Positions 1-11,557 of a DNA stretch of 64,000 nucleotides are shown piece after piece; within the stretch, counting starts at the first letter, position 1, and each line of letters starts with the position of its first letter. A program made the translations under genes and the position numbers. Source of the stretch: an uncultured Ruficoccus sp. (GTDB lineage: Bacteria > Verrucomicrobiota > Verrucomicrobiia > Opitutales > Cerasicoccaceae). The stretch is from the NCBI GenBank assembly GCA_965140785.1, contig OZ223481.1:64001-128000 (forward strand). The letters run 5' to 3'. The notes under the pieces were generated by a model. The model searched no databases. It worked only from the letters and a program-made list of their open reading frames with translations, and was not told the DNA's origin.

Positions 1-1116
1 ATGATCCTCAGTACCACCGCGGCCGAGGTGGAGACGCTCAAGGCCCGCAACCGGCGCAAGGGCGAGATGCTCGAAAAGTTCAAGGCGAACATCGAGGAGA
101 CCTCTTCGGCTATCCTCTCCCTCAATACAGTGGCGAACACCCTCGGGGCGACCATCTCCGGCGTCCTCGCAGCCAGCCTGTGGGGCAGCGCCAGCCCGAC
201 GGCCAAGTACGTCGTGCCCCTGGGCATGACCTTAGGCATCCTGCTGCTCTCCGAGATCTTGCCCAAAAACATGGGGGTGCTCTACCGCCCGACCATGCAG
301 CCGTACATGGTGACCCCGCTGCACATCGTACGTGTGATCATGCACCCGATCTCGTGGTCCTGCGGGCGCATCATTCTCTTCATCGTCGGGCGTAAACACG
401 TGGAGGAGATCGGCGACGAGGAAATCCGCCTGTTGGCCGAAAAAAGCGCCAAGGACGGCTCCCTGACCGAGGACGAGAGCCTGATCATTTCCAACGCCCT
501 CAAGCTGGACGAAATCCGCGTCAACGAGGAGATGACGCCGCGCACCGTTGTGCTGGCCTTCGACAAGGACGAAACCGTGGGCGCAATCTTCGCCGAGCAC
601 CCGAATATCCCCTTTGCCCGCATGCCAGTGTACGAGGGCAACATCGACAACATCGTCGGCCTCGTACGCCGCCGCGACCTGCTCAAGGCCAAGGCCAATG
701 ACGAGGACGCCAAGCGCGTGGCCGAGATCATGCACGCCACCATCTTCGTCCAGGAGAACGCCAGCGGCGCCCACGCCCTGGAGAAATTCCTCACCAGCCA
801 CCAGCAACTCGCCGTGGTCGTGGACGAGTTCGGATCGACCGCCGGGGTCATCACGATGGAGGACATCATCGAGCACATCCTGGGGCAGGAGATCTTCGAA
901 AAGGATGACATGGCCGTCGATATGCGCGAATTCGCCCGCCAGCGCCACGAGGACGAGGAGGCCGAAAACGGCAATGGCCATGGTTCATCGGTGGCTCCCG
1001 AAAAAGCGTCCGCTGGAGACTCCGCCCCGGCCAAGTCCAGCGGCGCACCTGAAACCGCGCAACCGGGCGACCCGACTCCCGCCCCCAAAAGCGCCGACAA
1101 GCCGTCCGCGGGGTGA
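1..1116 (+). CDS. CNNM/CorC-HlyC (hemolysin-like) membrane protein with CBS pair; probably 5'-truncated by the window edge
   Basis: DUF21-like 'ILSLNTVANTLG...SEILPK', 'MTPRT', CBS motifs 'FARMPVY' and 'VVDEFGSTAGVITMEDIIE'. Confidence 0.85.
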   Translation: MILSTTAAEVETLKARNRRKGEMLEKFKANIEETSSAILSLNTVANTLGATISGVLAASLWGSASPTAKYVVPLGMTLGILLLSEILPKNMGVLYRPTMQPYMVTPLHIVRVIMHPISWSCGRIILFIVGRKHVEEIGDEEIRLLAEKSAKDGSLTEDESLIISNALKLDEIRVNEEMTPRTVVLAFDKDETVGAIFAEHPNIPFARMPVYEGNIDNIVGLVRRRDLLKAKANDEDAKRVAEIMHATIFVQENASGAHALEKFLTSHQQLAVVVDEFGSTAGVITMEDIIEHILGQEIFEKDDMAVDMREFARQRHEDEEAENGNGHGSSVAPEKASAGDSAPAKSSGAPETAQPGDPTPAPKSADKPSAG

Positions 1117-1246
1117 GCGTTTACCAGCGCCGAGGTGGAACTCGACAGCGCCGGAATAACATTGCCGGAAGGGAGAGCGACCCTATCATGGGAGCCATGC
1201 AACCGTTCGTAGCGGCTGCCGGATAACGCCAACCTCTCATCCCCCC

Positions 1247-1807
1247 ATGAAAGCCCGCCCCACCCCGCTTCTGGCCGCGCTCTGGCTGGGAATCGCCCTT
1301 CTGCTCGGAGGCTGCTCCTATAAAGTTCCGCTGACTGAAACCGCCGATGTCCCCATCAACAACGACTTGCTCGGAAGCTGGGACATGACAATTCACGCCG
1401 AGGATATCTTTGAAGAGGAGACCCCTTTCACGATGGTGGTCTTCAAGCTCTCCGCCACCGAGTACATTATCAATTTTTACGGACTCAAAGACGCTACACC
1501 GTGTCTTCGTGCTTATCCCGTGGAGCTCGACGGGGTGCGCTACCTGCAGTTACAAGAACTGGATCATCGGATCGAGGCCAACAACTCAGAGCCCTATTGC
1601 GTCGCAAAAATTGCTCTCAACGAAGGAGAGCTCACTCTCTCTTGTCTCACTCTCCAAAAAAAGATCATCACGGAGCGGCCTCAAAAATTTCAATCTCCCT
1701 CGGGTGGGTATGACACCAGCGAGGAGCTTCGACAAGCACTGCAAGCACACCGCGACAATCCGGAGCTTTTCCTTCTCATCGCCACCGGAACCCGATCCGA
1801 GAAATAA
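1247..1807 (+). CDS. hypothetical lipoprotein
   Basis: Signal peptide ending in lipobox LLGGC. Confidence 0.65.
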   Translation: MKARPTPLLAALWLGIALLLGGCSYKVPLTETADVPINNDLLGSWDMTIHAEDIFEEETPFTMVVFKLSATEYIINFYGLKDATPCLRAYPVELDGVRYLQLQELDHRIEANNSEPYCVAKIALNEGELTLSCLTLQKKIITERPQKFQSPSGGYDTSEELRQALQAHRDNPELFLLIATGTRSEK

Positions 1808-1888
1808 ACTGTTCTCAAGCTTCGCCCCGAAATTGCCGCGGAAAAGGGGTGGACGCGGGCGGGGGCGGGCGTCATCGTCGGGGGCTTT

Positions 1889-2755
1889 ATGGACGCTCCC
1901 GAGCCGCAATACCCGGTCTGCGATTTCGACCCGTTTCTGGTGCATTTCCCGGACTGGTCGCCCCTGCCGGGCATCCGGTGGTACGGGCTTGCCTATGTGA
2001 TGGGCTTCATCGTAGGCGCGCTGCTGCTGCGCCTGTACTTCAAGCGCGGGCGCTCGCCGCTGAACCCGGACCAGCAGATGACCCTGATGACGTATATCAT
2101 CATTGGCACGCTGGTGGGCGGGCGGCTCGGGTACATGCTGCTGTATGTGCCGGGCGAGTTTTTGCGCAACCCATTGCTGTTTTTCAAGGTCTGGGACGGC
2201 GGGATGGCCAGCCACGGCGGGTTCATCGGCATCTATATCGCCGTGCTACTGTTCGCCCGGCGCGTCGGGCAGACCTTCTGGAGCATCGCGGACATCACCG
2301 TCACCCTGGCTCCGGCGGGGCTGATGTTCGGGCGGCTGGCGAACTTCATCAACGGCGAGCTGTGGGGCAAGATCGCCGACGTGCCCTGGGCTTTTATCTT
2401 TCCCAAGAGCATGCCCGCGGGCACACCGCTTTATCTGATCCCGCCCCGGCACCCCTCGCAGCTCTACGAAGCCGCGCTGGAAGGGCTCTGCCTGCTCGTC
2501 TATCTCCAGGCTCGCTTCTGGCTGAGCGACCCGAAAAAGCGCCCCGCCGGTTCACTGCTGGGCGAATTCTTCATGCTCTACGCGGTGGGACGTATTTTCA
2601 GCGAACTGTTTCGCGAGCCGGACGAGGGCATCAGCCTGATCCTGGGGCTGAGCCGCGGGACGTTTTACTCGATCCTGACCTTTGTCTTCGGGCTGGCTAT
2701 CGTGCTCTACGCCCGCTCGCGCAAACGCCAGGAGTCGGGCGCTCCGGCCCGGTGA
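1889..2755 (+). CDS. lgt: prolipoprotein diacylglyceryl transferase
   Basis: 'IRWYGLAY', 'GGRLGY', 'GGMASHGG', 'GRLANFINGELWG', 'RHPSQLYE'. Confidence 0.95.
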   Translation: MDAPEPQYPVCDFDPFLVHFPDWSPLPGIRWYGLAYVMGFIVGALLLRLYFKRGRSPLNPDQQMTLMTYIIIGTLVGGRLGYMLLYVPGEFLRNPLLFFKVWDGGMASHGGFIGIYIAVLLFARRVGQTFWSIADITVTLAPAGLMFGRLANFINGELWGKIADVPWAFIFPKSMPAGTPLYLIPPRHPSQLYEAALEGLCLLVYLQARFWLSDPKKRPAGSLLGEFFMLYAVGRIFSELFREPDEGISLILGLSRGTFYSILTFVFGLAIVLYARSRKRQESGAPAR

Positions 2756-2809
2756 GTCCGTCCGCCCGCCCCTCGGGGCGTTGAGATTGGCCGTCGGAAG
2801 GCCAAAGCC

Positions 2810-3301
2810 TTATTCGCTGCCGACGCGAAAGCGGTAGGTGCGGATGGGCTTGGGGGCAGCGTTGAGGGAAATCTGGAAAATCTTGACCTCGCCGTCGATC
2901 AGGTCCTCGCCCCCACCGAAGCCGCCGGTGATCTTTTTCGCCTCCAACGCCACCGGGTCGGCGTATTTGGGCGTCATGACGATTTTTTCCGGCGTGAGCT
3001 CCATGCGTTCATCTTTTCCCGCATCGGGATTAATATAAATATTGATGGTAAGATCCCCGGTAGCCGGAGCTCCGCCAATCCCTACCTCAGTAGCCTTCCC
3101 CCGCTGGATGATGACTCGAACCGGAACCTCCACCAGCTTGCCCGACTCGTCGGTAAAGGCGCAGACCCCACCGTAAGCGCCCGCCCAAGCTGCCAGATAG
3201 GGGCGCATCGGCGCGTCGTCCTTCGAGCCGGACGACGACTGGGCAGCAAGCGGGGCGGCCAGACACAGGCAGGCGGCCAGGAAAGCGGGGAACCATTTCA
3301 T
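2810..3301 (-). CDS. hypothetical exported protein
   Basis: ATG at 3301 gives the signal peptide MKWFPAFLAACLCLAAPLAA. Confidence 0.6.
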   Translation of the reverse strand: MKWFPAFLAACLCLAAPLAAQSSSGSKDDAPMRPYLAAWAGAYGGVCAFTDESGKLVEVPVRVIIQRGKATEVGIGGAPATGDLTINIYINPDAGKDERMELTPEKIVMTPKYADPVALEAKKITGGFGGGEDLIDGEVKIFQISLNAAPKPIRTYRFRVGSE

Positions 3302-3564
3302 GCTCCACCGGATACGTGATCCCGGTCTCCAAGGCAAGCACTACCACCGCTCACGCAAAATGCGGTTTACGGTTTTTCCACCGATTTCACCGATGAGGGC
3401 AGGTTACCCCTGGGGGGAAGCGCTATCCACAATCATCCATGTCTGAAAATCACTTTAACCAAGATGCCAAGCGATAGATCAAAAACTCGTCCGACGGCCC
3501 ATGGCATTTCCCACACGAAATGCCATCCCGATGCGAAGCATCGAGGGTCCAGGGCATGCCCTGG

Positions 3565-4413
3565 TTAACGGAAGAGCAGGACGGGAATACGGCAGCGGCG
3601 CAGCAGGTCGCTGGTGGTGCTACCGATGATCAACTGGCGGATGCGGCTGTGGCCGTAGGCACCCATCACGAGCAGGTCGGCCTTGCTGTCCACCACGTAG
3701 TCCTCGATCGAGTCCTCCACATTGCCGGTAAGGACCTGGGTGATCACGTTGAAACCGGCGGCCTTAAGCGTCGGCTCGGCCTTGGCCACGTTACCGGAGG
3801 CTTCACCCTTGCCGTGACCCTCGCCCACGCAGACCAGGTGCAGTTCGAGCCCTTGCAGGAGCTTGCTGCGGCACATCCAGTCCAGAGCCTTGGTGCAGCT
3901 CTCGCCGCCGTCATAGGCGAAAACCACCCGCTTGATCTCGCGGTACTCGCGGTTGGTGACCAGACAAGGTTTTTGGCTGGCACGCACCACACGCTCCATG
4001 TTGTGCCCGAGGTGCTCCATGGCCGCCTCAGCGTTCTCGCCGCGCTTGCCCAGGATGATCATGCCGGCTTCCTGCTCCTCGTAGTCCTCAATGGCATCGA
4101 CGAGCAGCCCGGTCTCATGATGAAACTCGACGGTACAGTCCACCCCGGCGTCGGCGAAGACTTTCAGCCCGTACTCCTCGATCATGCCCGCCTTTTGCTT
4201 CTCGATCTCGTCGAGCTGGCCCATGACGGCGGTATAGGGCGAAGCCCCGAGGCTCGCCCCCAGGTCCATGAGGAAGGGCGCTTCGTATTCGCGCAGGTTG
4301 GAGACGTAGAGGAGGTCCACCTTCGCGCCGGTGCGCCCGGCAGCCCAGGCGGCGTAACGACAGGCAGTTCCCGAGTAGGCGGAACCATCCGTGCACAAGA
4401 GCAATCGCTTCAT
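3565..4413 (-). CDS. universal stress protein (tandem USP domains)
   Basis: 'LLLCTDGS', 'VVFAYDGG', 'LLVMGAYGHSRIRQLIIGSTT'. Confidence 0.9.
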   Translation of the reverse strand: MKRLLLCTDGSAYSGTACRYAAWAAGRTGAKVDLLYVSNLREYEAPFLMDLGASLGASPYTAVMGQLDEIEKQKAGMIEEYGLKVFADAGVDCTVEFHHETGLLVDAIEDYEEQEAGMIILGKRGENAEAAMEHLGHNMERVVRASQKPCLVTNREYREIKRVVFAYDGGESCTKALDWMCRSKLLQGLELHLVCVGEGHGKGEASGNVAKAEPTLKAAGFNVITQVLTGNVEDSIEDYVVDSKADLLVMGAYGHSRIRQLIIGSTTSDLLRRCRIPVLLFR

Positions 4414-4649
4414 AAGGGGGGAAGTTTGAGGTTAAAAGAGGGGCTTTTGCGCCCGAACAAATACAGCGTTAGCAACGACACAGCGACAACATCAGCAATC
4501 TGAATAAAGTTCAGCCAACGAGCATCTATTACGCTTCCAAGCATCAGTTGCAGAAATATTGAACTGACTACGGCCAAGATCACCGCCAACACAAAGTGAA
4601 CGCATCGACGCACACTGGTCCGGGATGATACCTCGGTCTGATCTGGCAT
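4410..4649 (-). CDS. small hypothetical membrane protein
   Basis: Two hydrophobic segments; 4-nt overlap with the usp start. Confidence 0.45.
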   Translation of the reverse strand: MPDQTEVSSRTSVRRCVHFVLAVILAVVSSIFLQLMLGSVIDARWLNFIQIADVVAVSLLTLYLFGRKSPSFNLKLPPL

Positions 4650-4713
4650 AAGGGTAAGGTAAATTAATAACGCGCGGGAGACAAGTCAGTCCGCCCGAAT
4701 AAGTGAAGGCCTG

Positions 4714-4941
4714 TTAACGCGATTTCGCCACTTCGGCGGGCTTGCCCAGTTCCCAGACCAGCGCCCGGCCCCGCCGCTTCTGACGCCGAAGACCGATCTC
4801 GCGCTCCAGCCGGACGGTCCACGCCGGACAAGGGCGCTCGTAGGGAAGCTGCTGCCCAGCCTTGAGTTCCTTCCAAGTCAGGCCCCCGGGATGATGCCCG
4901 AGCCCGGTACGAACCCGGTCCCTGAACTCAAGGTAGGTCAT
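4714..4941 (-). CDS. small hypothetical protein
   Basis: ATG at 4941 (MTYLEFRDRV...); tightly packed with neighbours on the same strand. Confidence 0.55.
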   Translation of the reverse strand: MTYLEFRDRVRTGLGHHPGGLTWKELKAGQQLPYERPCPAWTVRLEREIGLRRQKRRGRALVWELGKPAEVAKSR

Positions 4942-4945
4942 GACC

Positions 4946-5131
4946 TCAGTCGCTCTTGCGGGGGAGGTGCCCCTTGCGAAAGGAGTCTTCCTCCTTTTGC
5001 AGGTGGCGGCGCAGCAGGCCCATCGCAGCAAGCACCTTGAAGGCACCGGCGAAGAGACTCAGAGCCATCAACGGCCCCAGCCAGTTGTTGAAAGAAAAGG
5101 TGGGAGCGATAGACGCGAGAAGTGAGAGCAT
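4946..5131 (-). CDS. small hypothetical membrane protein
   Basis: Starts 3 nt after the glgC stop; one hydrophobic helix. Confidence 0.45.
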   Translation of the reverse strand: MLSLLASIAPTFSFNNWLGPLMALSLFAGAFKVLAAMGLLRRHLQKEEDSFRKGHLPRKSD

Positions 5132-5134
5132 GGG

Positions 5135-6412
5135 CTAAGGTTGAACGACCGTTCCGCTGGGCACAACTCCCTTTTTCATCACAATGAGCACCCCGTCGCG
5201 GATGTAAACGGAGCCCTCCTGCCACTTGTCAGGCTTGCCGGCGGGGTCGAGCACGACGTTGTCGCCGATGCGGGCGTTCTTGTCGATGATGGCGTTGCGG
5301 ATCTTGCAGTTACGCCCGATCCCCAACGGCAGGGAGTGCCGGGCGGCGTCCTCGTCGGTTTCCATCCAGTCGGCCCCCATCATGACGACGTTCTCCAGGT
5401 CGCAGTTTTCCCGCACGACCGAGCGCACCCCGAGCACGACGCGGCGCAGGCGGCCCGTATCCACCAAACCTCCGCCGGCGGTGAGAACATGGTCGAGGTG
5501 GCAGTTGTTGAACTTGCTGGCGGGCAGGTAGCGGGCGCGGGTGTAAACCGGGTGCTCCGGGTCAAAAAAGTTGAAGGGCGGCACGTTGTCGGTCAGCGCC
5601 AGGTTGGCATCGAAGAAGGAGCGCACCGTCCCGATGTCCTCCCAGTACCCGTCGAACAGGTAGCTGACGAGCTTCTTCTTACCCAGCAGGCCGGGGATAA
5701 TTTCCTTGCCGAAGTCGGTTTGGTCCGTCTCCAGCGCCGCGTACATGACCTTCTTACTGAAAATGTAGATCCCCATCGAGGCCAGGCAGACCTCTCCCAT
5801 GTCCTTGGATTCGGAGAGGGATTCGCGCAGCTTGTCGCTGATCAGGAGGCCGTCGATCATGGCCGGATCAGTCGGCTTTTCCACAAACTCGCTGATGGTG
5901 TAGTCGTCGTTGACTTTCATTACGCCCAGCCCGGCCACCTCGGCCTTCGGCACGGGCTTGGCCGCGATGGTGATGTCGGCCTCGGTCTTGAGGTGGTGCT
6001 CGACGATCTTGCGGAAGTCCATCCGGTAAAGCTGGTCGCCCGAGAGGATGAGGAACAGATCGTCATCCATGGCGCCGTAGTGGTGCAGATTCTGCCGGAC
6101 GGCGTCCGCCGTGCCCTGGTACCAGTTTTCGCCGCGCTCGGTCTGCTCAGCCGAGAGGATGTCCACGAAGCCGCCGCCGAAGGGGTCGAACTGGTAGGAG
6201 GACTGGATGTGGTTGTGCAGCGAGGCGGTGTTGAACTGGGTCAGGATGTGGATCCGGTTGTAGCCCGAGTTCAGGCAGTTGCTGATCGGGATATCGACCA
6301 GGCGATATTTACCCGCCAGCGGCACCGCGGGCTTGCAACGTTCCTGAGTGAGGGGGTACAGACGCGTGCCGCGGCCGCCTCCCATAATGACGCAAATGAC
6401 TTTTCTTTTCAT
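5135..6412 (-). CDS. glgC: glucose-1-phosphate adenylyltransferase
   Basis: 'GGGRGTRLYPLT', 'KPAVPLAGKYRLVDIP', 'WYQGTADAV', 'EKP', 'YWEDIGT'. Confidence 0.95.
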   Translation of the reverse strand: MKRKVICVIMGGGRGTRLYPLTQERCKPAVPLAGKYRLVDIPISNCLNSGYNRIHILTQFNTASLHNHIQSSYQFDPFGGGFVDILSAEQTERGENWYQGTADAVRQNLHHYGAMDDDLFLILSGDQLYRMDFRKIVEHHLKTEADITIAAKPVPKAEVAGLGVMKVNDDYTISEFVEKPTDPAMIDGLLISDKLRESLSESKDMGEVCLASMGIYIFSKKVMYAALETDQTDFGKEIIPGLLGKKKLVSYLFDGYWEDIGTVRSFFDANLALTDNVPPFNFFDPEHPVYTRARYLPASKFNNCHLDHVLTAGGGLVDTGRLRRVVLGVRSVVRENCDLENVVMMGADWMETDEDAARHSLPLGIGRNCKIRNAIIDKNARIGDNVVLDPAGKPDKWQEGSVYIRDGVLIVMKKGVVPSGTVVQP

Positions 6413-6612
6413 GGCAGGGTAGCAGGTGGGGTTGGCTTAAGTGAAGATGAGAGTGCCCGCATGGCGAAATCAGTTGCCCTCAAATTGCTTGAAAAGAACG
6501 GCGATTTCCAGATTCTTTTAGGCACCAGCCTAATTTATTATCACAACGCCTCTCTCTCGGATGGACAGGCGCACGGGCCCTCCCCCTTTCATCTCCCAAA
6601 ATCCCTTTATAT

Positions 6613-8451
<1,839 letters not shown>

Positions 8452-8463
<12 letters not shown>

Positions 8464-8476
8464 ATTTCCTATAACA
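8452..8476 (+). repeat. left attachment site (core repeat plus attP half-arm)
   Basis: ACGGTGGAGTAGATTTCCTATAACA; restores the glmS ...TVE* end. Confidence 0.9.
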
Positions 8477-8862
8477 AAAAGGGATTGGGGAATCCTTATC
8501 TCTTTTACGGCAACGCTCAAGACCCAGCGACTGTCGGTCAACTACGTCGGGAACAAGCGTACGTGTCGCCAAACACTTATCATTGAGCTACATAGTCAAG
8601 GACTCAATGACCGTCAAATAGCCGATCACCTGAACGGATTGGATATTACCTCACCTACAGGGAAAAGGTACTATCCTGAGCTTGTATTCGCTGTTCGTAA
8701 AAAGCTAAAGGCACGCCAGCAGAGACTTGAGGAATCAAAGCTATCCATTGGGAAAATGGACATTTGTAAATTAATTGTAAAAAATAAAGAAATGCGATAA
8801 ATTTTCAAAAAAACCCAAAATCCGGAATCGAGGCCTATAAATACTAGTAAAAGGGCCCAATA

Positions 8863-9336
8863 ATGACTTCGGATAGTATACGCAATGCAACCAGATTATT
8901 CCTAAATAGTAGGATAGAAGACTATTCAAATTGCATAGCTCTCACCTTAACGATGAAACAATATTCAGGGGGCTTTAAATTAGACGAAGTGCGTGCCAGC
9001 AAGGACTTTAGGCACTTCATGAATATACTAAATAAGAAGACATTTGGCAAGGCTTTTCAACGTTTCGGGAAACGAATATCAGTCGTACCAGTGATGGAAA
9101 ACTCAGAAAACGAACGTCTGCACTTTCATGCCTTACTTCAATGCCCTGATAAATACTCTTGGACTGCGGGCCAGGCCATTTTTGCGCTAAAAGCACAGTC
9201 TTTATGGAAAAAGACACACTTTGGATATGACCAAACGTCCAGTCGGTTGGCGGCCGACAAAGGCTGGACGGGTTACATAACCAAACTCAAAGGACAAGCC
9301 GATCAGATAGACTGGGAAAATTTCCACTGGAATTGA
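8863..9336 (+). CDS. small HUH endonuclease / rolling-circle replication initiator-like protein
   Basis: Motifs in RCR order: 'ALTLT' (I), 'RLHFHALL' (II, HUH), 'YITK' (III, YxxK). Confidence 0.75.
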   Translation: MTSDSIRNATRLFLNSRIEDYSNCIALTLTMKQYSGGFKLDEVRASKDFRHFMNILNKKTFGKAFQRFGKRISVVPVMENSENERLHFHALLQCPDKYSWTAGQAIFALKAQSLWKKTHFGYDQTSSRLAADKGWTGYITKLKGQADQIDWENFHWN

Positions 9337-9554
9337 CGGGTATAAACCCCTTTTCCATTTCCGAGTAGCATATCAAGGAGCGAAATAGCCCCTTGATACT
9401 TTGTTATATACAGAAACAACAAATTCCTAGAGTATATAATATCCTATATGTCAAAGAATAAAGTTATTCAGACAGTACACAGAGTTCTCCTAAGATAATT
9501 CTGATTCATATCTACAAAGGGATGCCGCAAGGCATCAGGCATCTTGATGCCTTC

Positions 9555-9791
9555 TCAAGGTTCCACTACTGGATCCAAGTCCTCCAGTTCCTTGATTATC
9601 TCTGACGGGAAACAGTCAAGAGCCCGAGCAATCAAGAAAATCGTAGTCAGCGTTGGCTGAAATTTACCGTTCTCGATTTCAGACAGGAAACTTCGGTCTA
9701 TCCCTGCCCGTTCGCACAGGCTATCCTGCGAAAGCTTCAACTGACTCCTTCTGCGAGCGATTACACGGCCAAATGCATGCTTAATATCCAA
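9555..9791 (-). CDS. XRE-family HTH regulator resembling restriction-modification controller (C) proteins
   Basis: 'LSQDSLCERAGIDRSFLSEIENGKFQPTLTTIFLIARAL'. Confidence 0.85.
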   Translation of the reverse strand: MDIKHAFGRVIARRRSQLKLSQDSLCERAGIDRSFLSEIENGKFQPTLTTIFLIARALDCFPSEIIKELEDLDPVVEP

Positions 9792-9821
9792 GCCATGATT
9801 ATAAAAGATTTACATTGGCCA

Positions 9822-9845
9822 ATCTGTAGGATATATCCTACAGAT
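9822..9845. promoter_or_regulatory. perfect 24-bp palindromic operator candidate
   Basis: ATCTGTAGGATA|TATCCTACAGAT between the divergent HTH gene and the DUF4352-like gene. Confidence 0.7.
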
Positions 9846-10316
9846 AATAAACCGATGCAGTAACGCACTCTAGTCACTTAACCCATCACTAAAAACATGC
9901 CCGAGACAGACGTCCCTCACCAATCGAAGAAAAAGAAAAAGAAAAATGGCTGCATGATCGCCATCATAGCCGTTGCAGTAATCGCCATTCTAGGAATTGG
10001 TGGATTCTTGGTAGTAGGCGGTTTGTTCGTGACCGGAGCCGCAGTAGCTGTCGATCAAGCCATTAAAGAAGAAAACCGTATTCCAGAAGAAATCTTGCCC
10101 CTCGATGGATCAACACAAACCGGCGAATACGAGATTACGGTCTATGATATCCAAGAATTTGCGTCAGTCGGCAATGAATTCTACTCAGTACAAGCCTCCG
10201 AAGGTGCCACATTCGTAGCCGTACTTTGGGGCTATAAAAACACGACAAGCTGACCGTGTCCACTTAAACTGTGCCACTTGCAAAGTTAGTCTGAGTGCTT
10301 AGAAAGGACTCAGACG

Positions 10317-10583
10317 ATGAAAGGCAAGCGATACAGTACAGAGCAAAAAATCCGCATTTTACGCGCCGCTGATGCTGGCAGAGCGATCGTGGATGTCTGC
10401 CGCGAGGCAGGGATCAGCGAGCAGACGTTCCACCGCTGGAAGCGGGAGCTTGGGATGCTGGAAGTCGATCAGGCCAAGCAACTGAAGGAACTGCAAAAGG
10501 AGAACGCTCGGCTGAAGCGTATGCTGGCGGACGAGATACTTGGTAAGGAGCTGCTGAAGGAGGCGCTCGAAAAAAAATGGTAA
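10317..10583 (+). CDS. IS3 transposase OrfA
   Basis: HTH 'VCREAGISEQTFHRWK' plus leucine zipper; ends in an A8 run (GAAAAAAAATGG), a -1 frameshift window. Confidence 0.92.
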   Translation: MKGKRYSTEQKIRILRAADAGRAIVDVCREAGISEQTFHRWKRELGMLEVDQAKQLKELQKENARLKRMLADEILGKELLKEALEKKW

Positions 10584-11557
10584 GCCCTGCACACAAGCGC
10601 GAGATGGCGCAAACTCTGGTGTCGCAGGGCAGATGTTCAGCGCGGGCGGCCTGCCGTCACTTTGGGTTGCATCGCAGTACCTTCGGCTATCAGGCGAAGG
10701 AGACTACGCCCTGGTTGGCAAAGTTACGTGGGGCTTTGCGTCGCAAGAGCGAAGCGCATCCCGAGCTGGGTTACCCGAAAATCACTCATCTACTCAAGCG
10801 CGATGGTTGGGACGTAGGTAAGCGGCTGGTGCAGCGCCTGCGCCAGGAGATGGGGCTGAAGTGTCCGACTAAGAAGCCTCGTCAGCGTCGGCGCGGCCCC
10901 TCGACGGGCTTACCGACAAAGGCTACTCATCGCAACCACGTGTGGACCTGCGACTTCGTGGCCGACCGTACGGCTAAGGGCGGATCAATCCGCATGCTCA
11001 CGGTACTCGATGAGTACACCCGTGAGTGCCTGTGCATCCACGTCGATCGCCACCTCAACGCCGCCAAGGTGCGAGCCGTCATGAGCGAGTTGATCAGTGC
11101 CTACGGCAGCCCCGAGCACATCCGTAGCGACAACGGCAGCGAGTTTATCGAGAAGAGCCTGCGTAAATGGTACGCGGACGAGGAGATCAAGACGCTCTAC
11201 ATTGAGCCGGGCAGTCCCTGGCAGAACGGCTACATAGAATCCTTCAACGGCAGACTCCGCGATGAGTGCCTCAACCGCGAGTGGTTTTATACGCTCACCG
11301 AGGCACGCGTGGTCATTGAGGACTGGAGGTGGAAATACAACAACATCCGCCCGCACCGTTCACTCGGACTGCTCACGCCGCTCGAGTTTGCAGCCAAAGA
11401 AACCGCACCAACCCCCTTCGACATCAACTTCCAAGGCATGGGCTACACTCGGGCTACGCCCTCCTTGCGCCCAAGCCTTGACACCCTCTACAACCTAACC
11501 CTAAATCACATCATTAACCCGCTCAGACTAACTCTCAATGCGGTACAGTTTGCGTAG
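10577..11557 (+). CDS. IS3 transposase OrfB (DDE integrase core), -1 frame relative to OrfA
   Basis: 'WTCDF', 'IRSDNGSEF', 'PGSPWQNGYIESFNGRLRDECLN', 'YNNIRPHRSLG'. Confidence 0.95.
   Translation: MVSPAHKREMAQTLVSQGRCSARAACRHFGLHRSTFGYQAKETTPWLAKLRGALRRKSEAHPELGYPKITHLLKRDGWDVGKRLVQRLRQEMGLKCPTKKPRQRRRGPSTGLPTKATHRNHVWTCDFVADRTAKGGSIRMLTVLDEYTRECLCIHVDRHLNAAKVRAVMSELISAYGSPEHIRSDNGSEFIEKSLRKWYADEEIKTLYIEPGSPWQNGYIESFNGRLRDECLNREWFYTLTEARVVIEDWRWKYNNIRPHRSLGLLTPLEFAAKETAPTPFDINFQGMGYTRATPSLRPSLDTLYNLTLNHIINPLRLTLNAVQFA

Noticed and set aside
6413..6612. glmS ribozyme upstream of glmS
   Set aside because: Short divergent promoter region with no ribozyme core that I can recognise.
8464..8862. 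Tn7-like transposon at attTn7 downstream of glmS
   Set aside because: No tnsABCD genes, and no Tn7-type ends with a 5-bp duplication were found. The junction lies inside the glmS coding end and fits serine-integrase att geometry.
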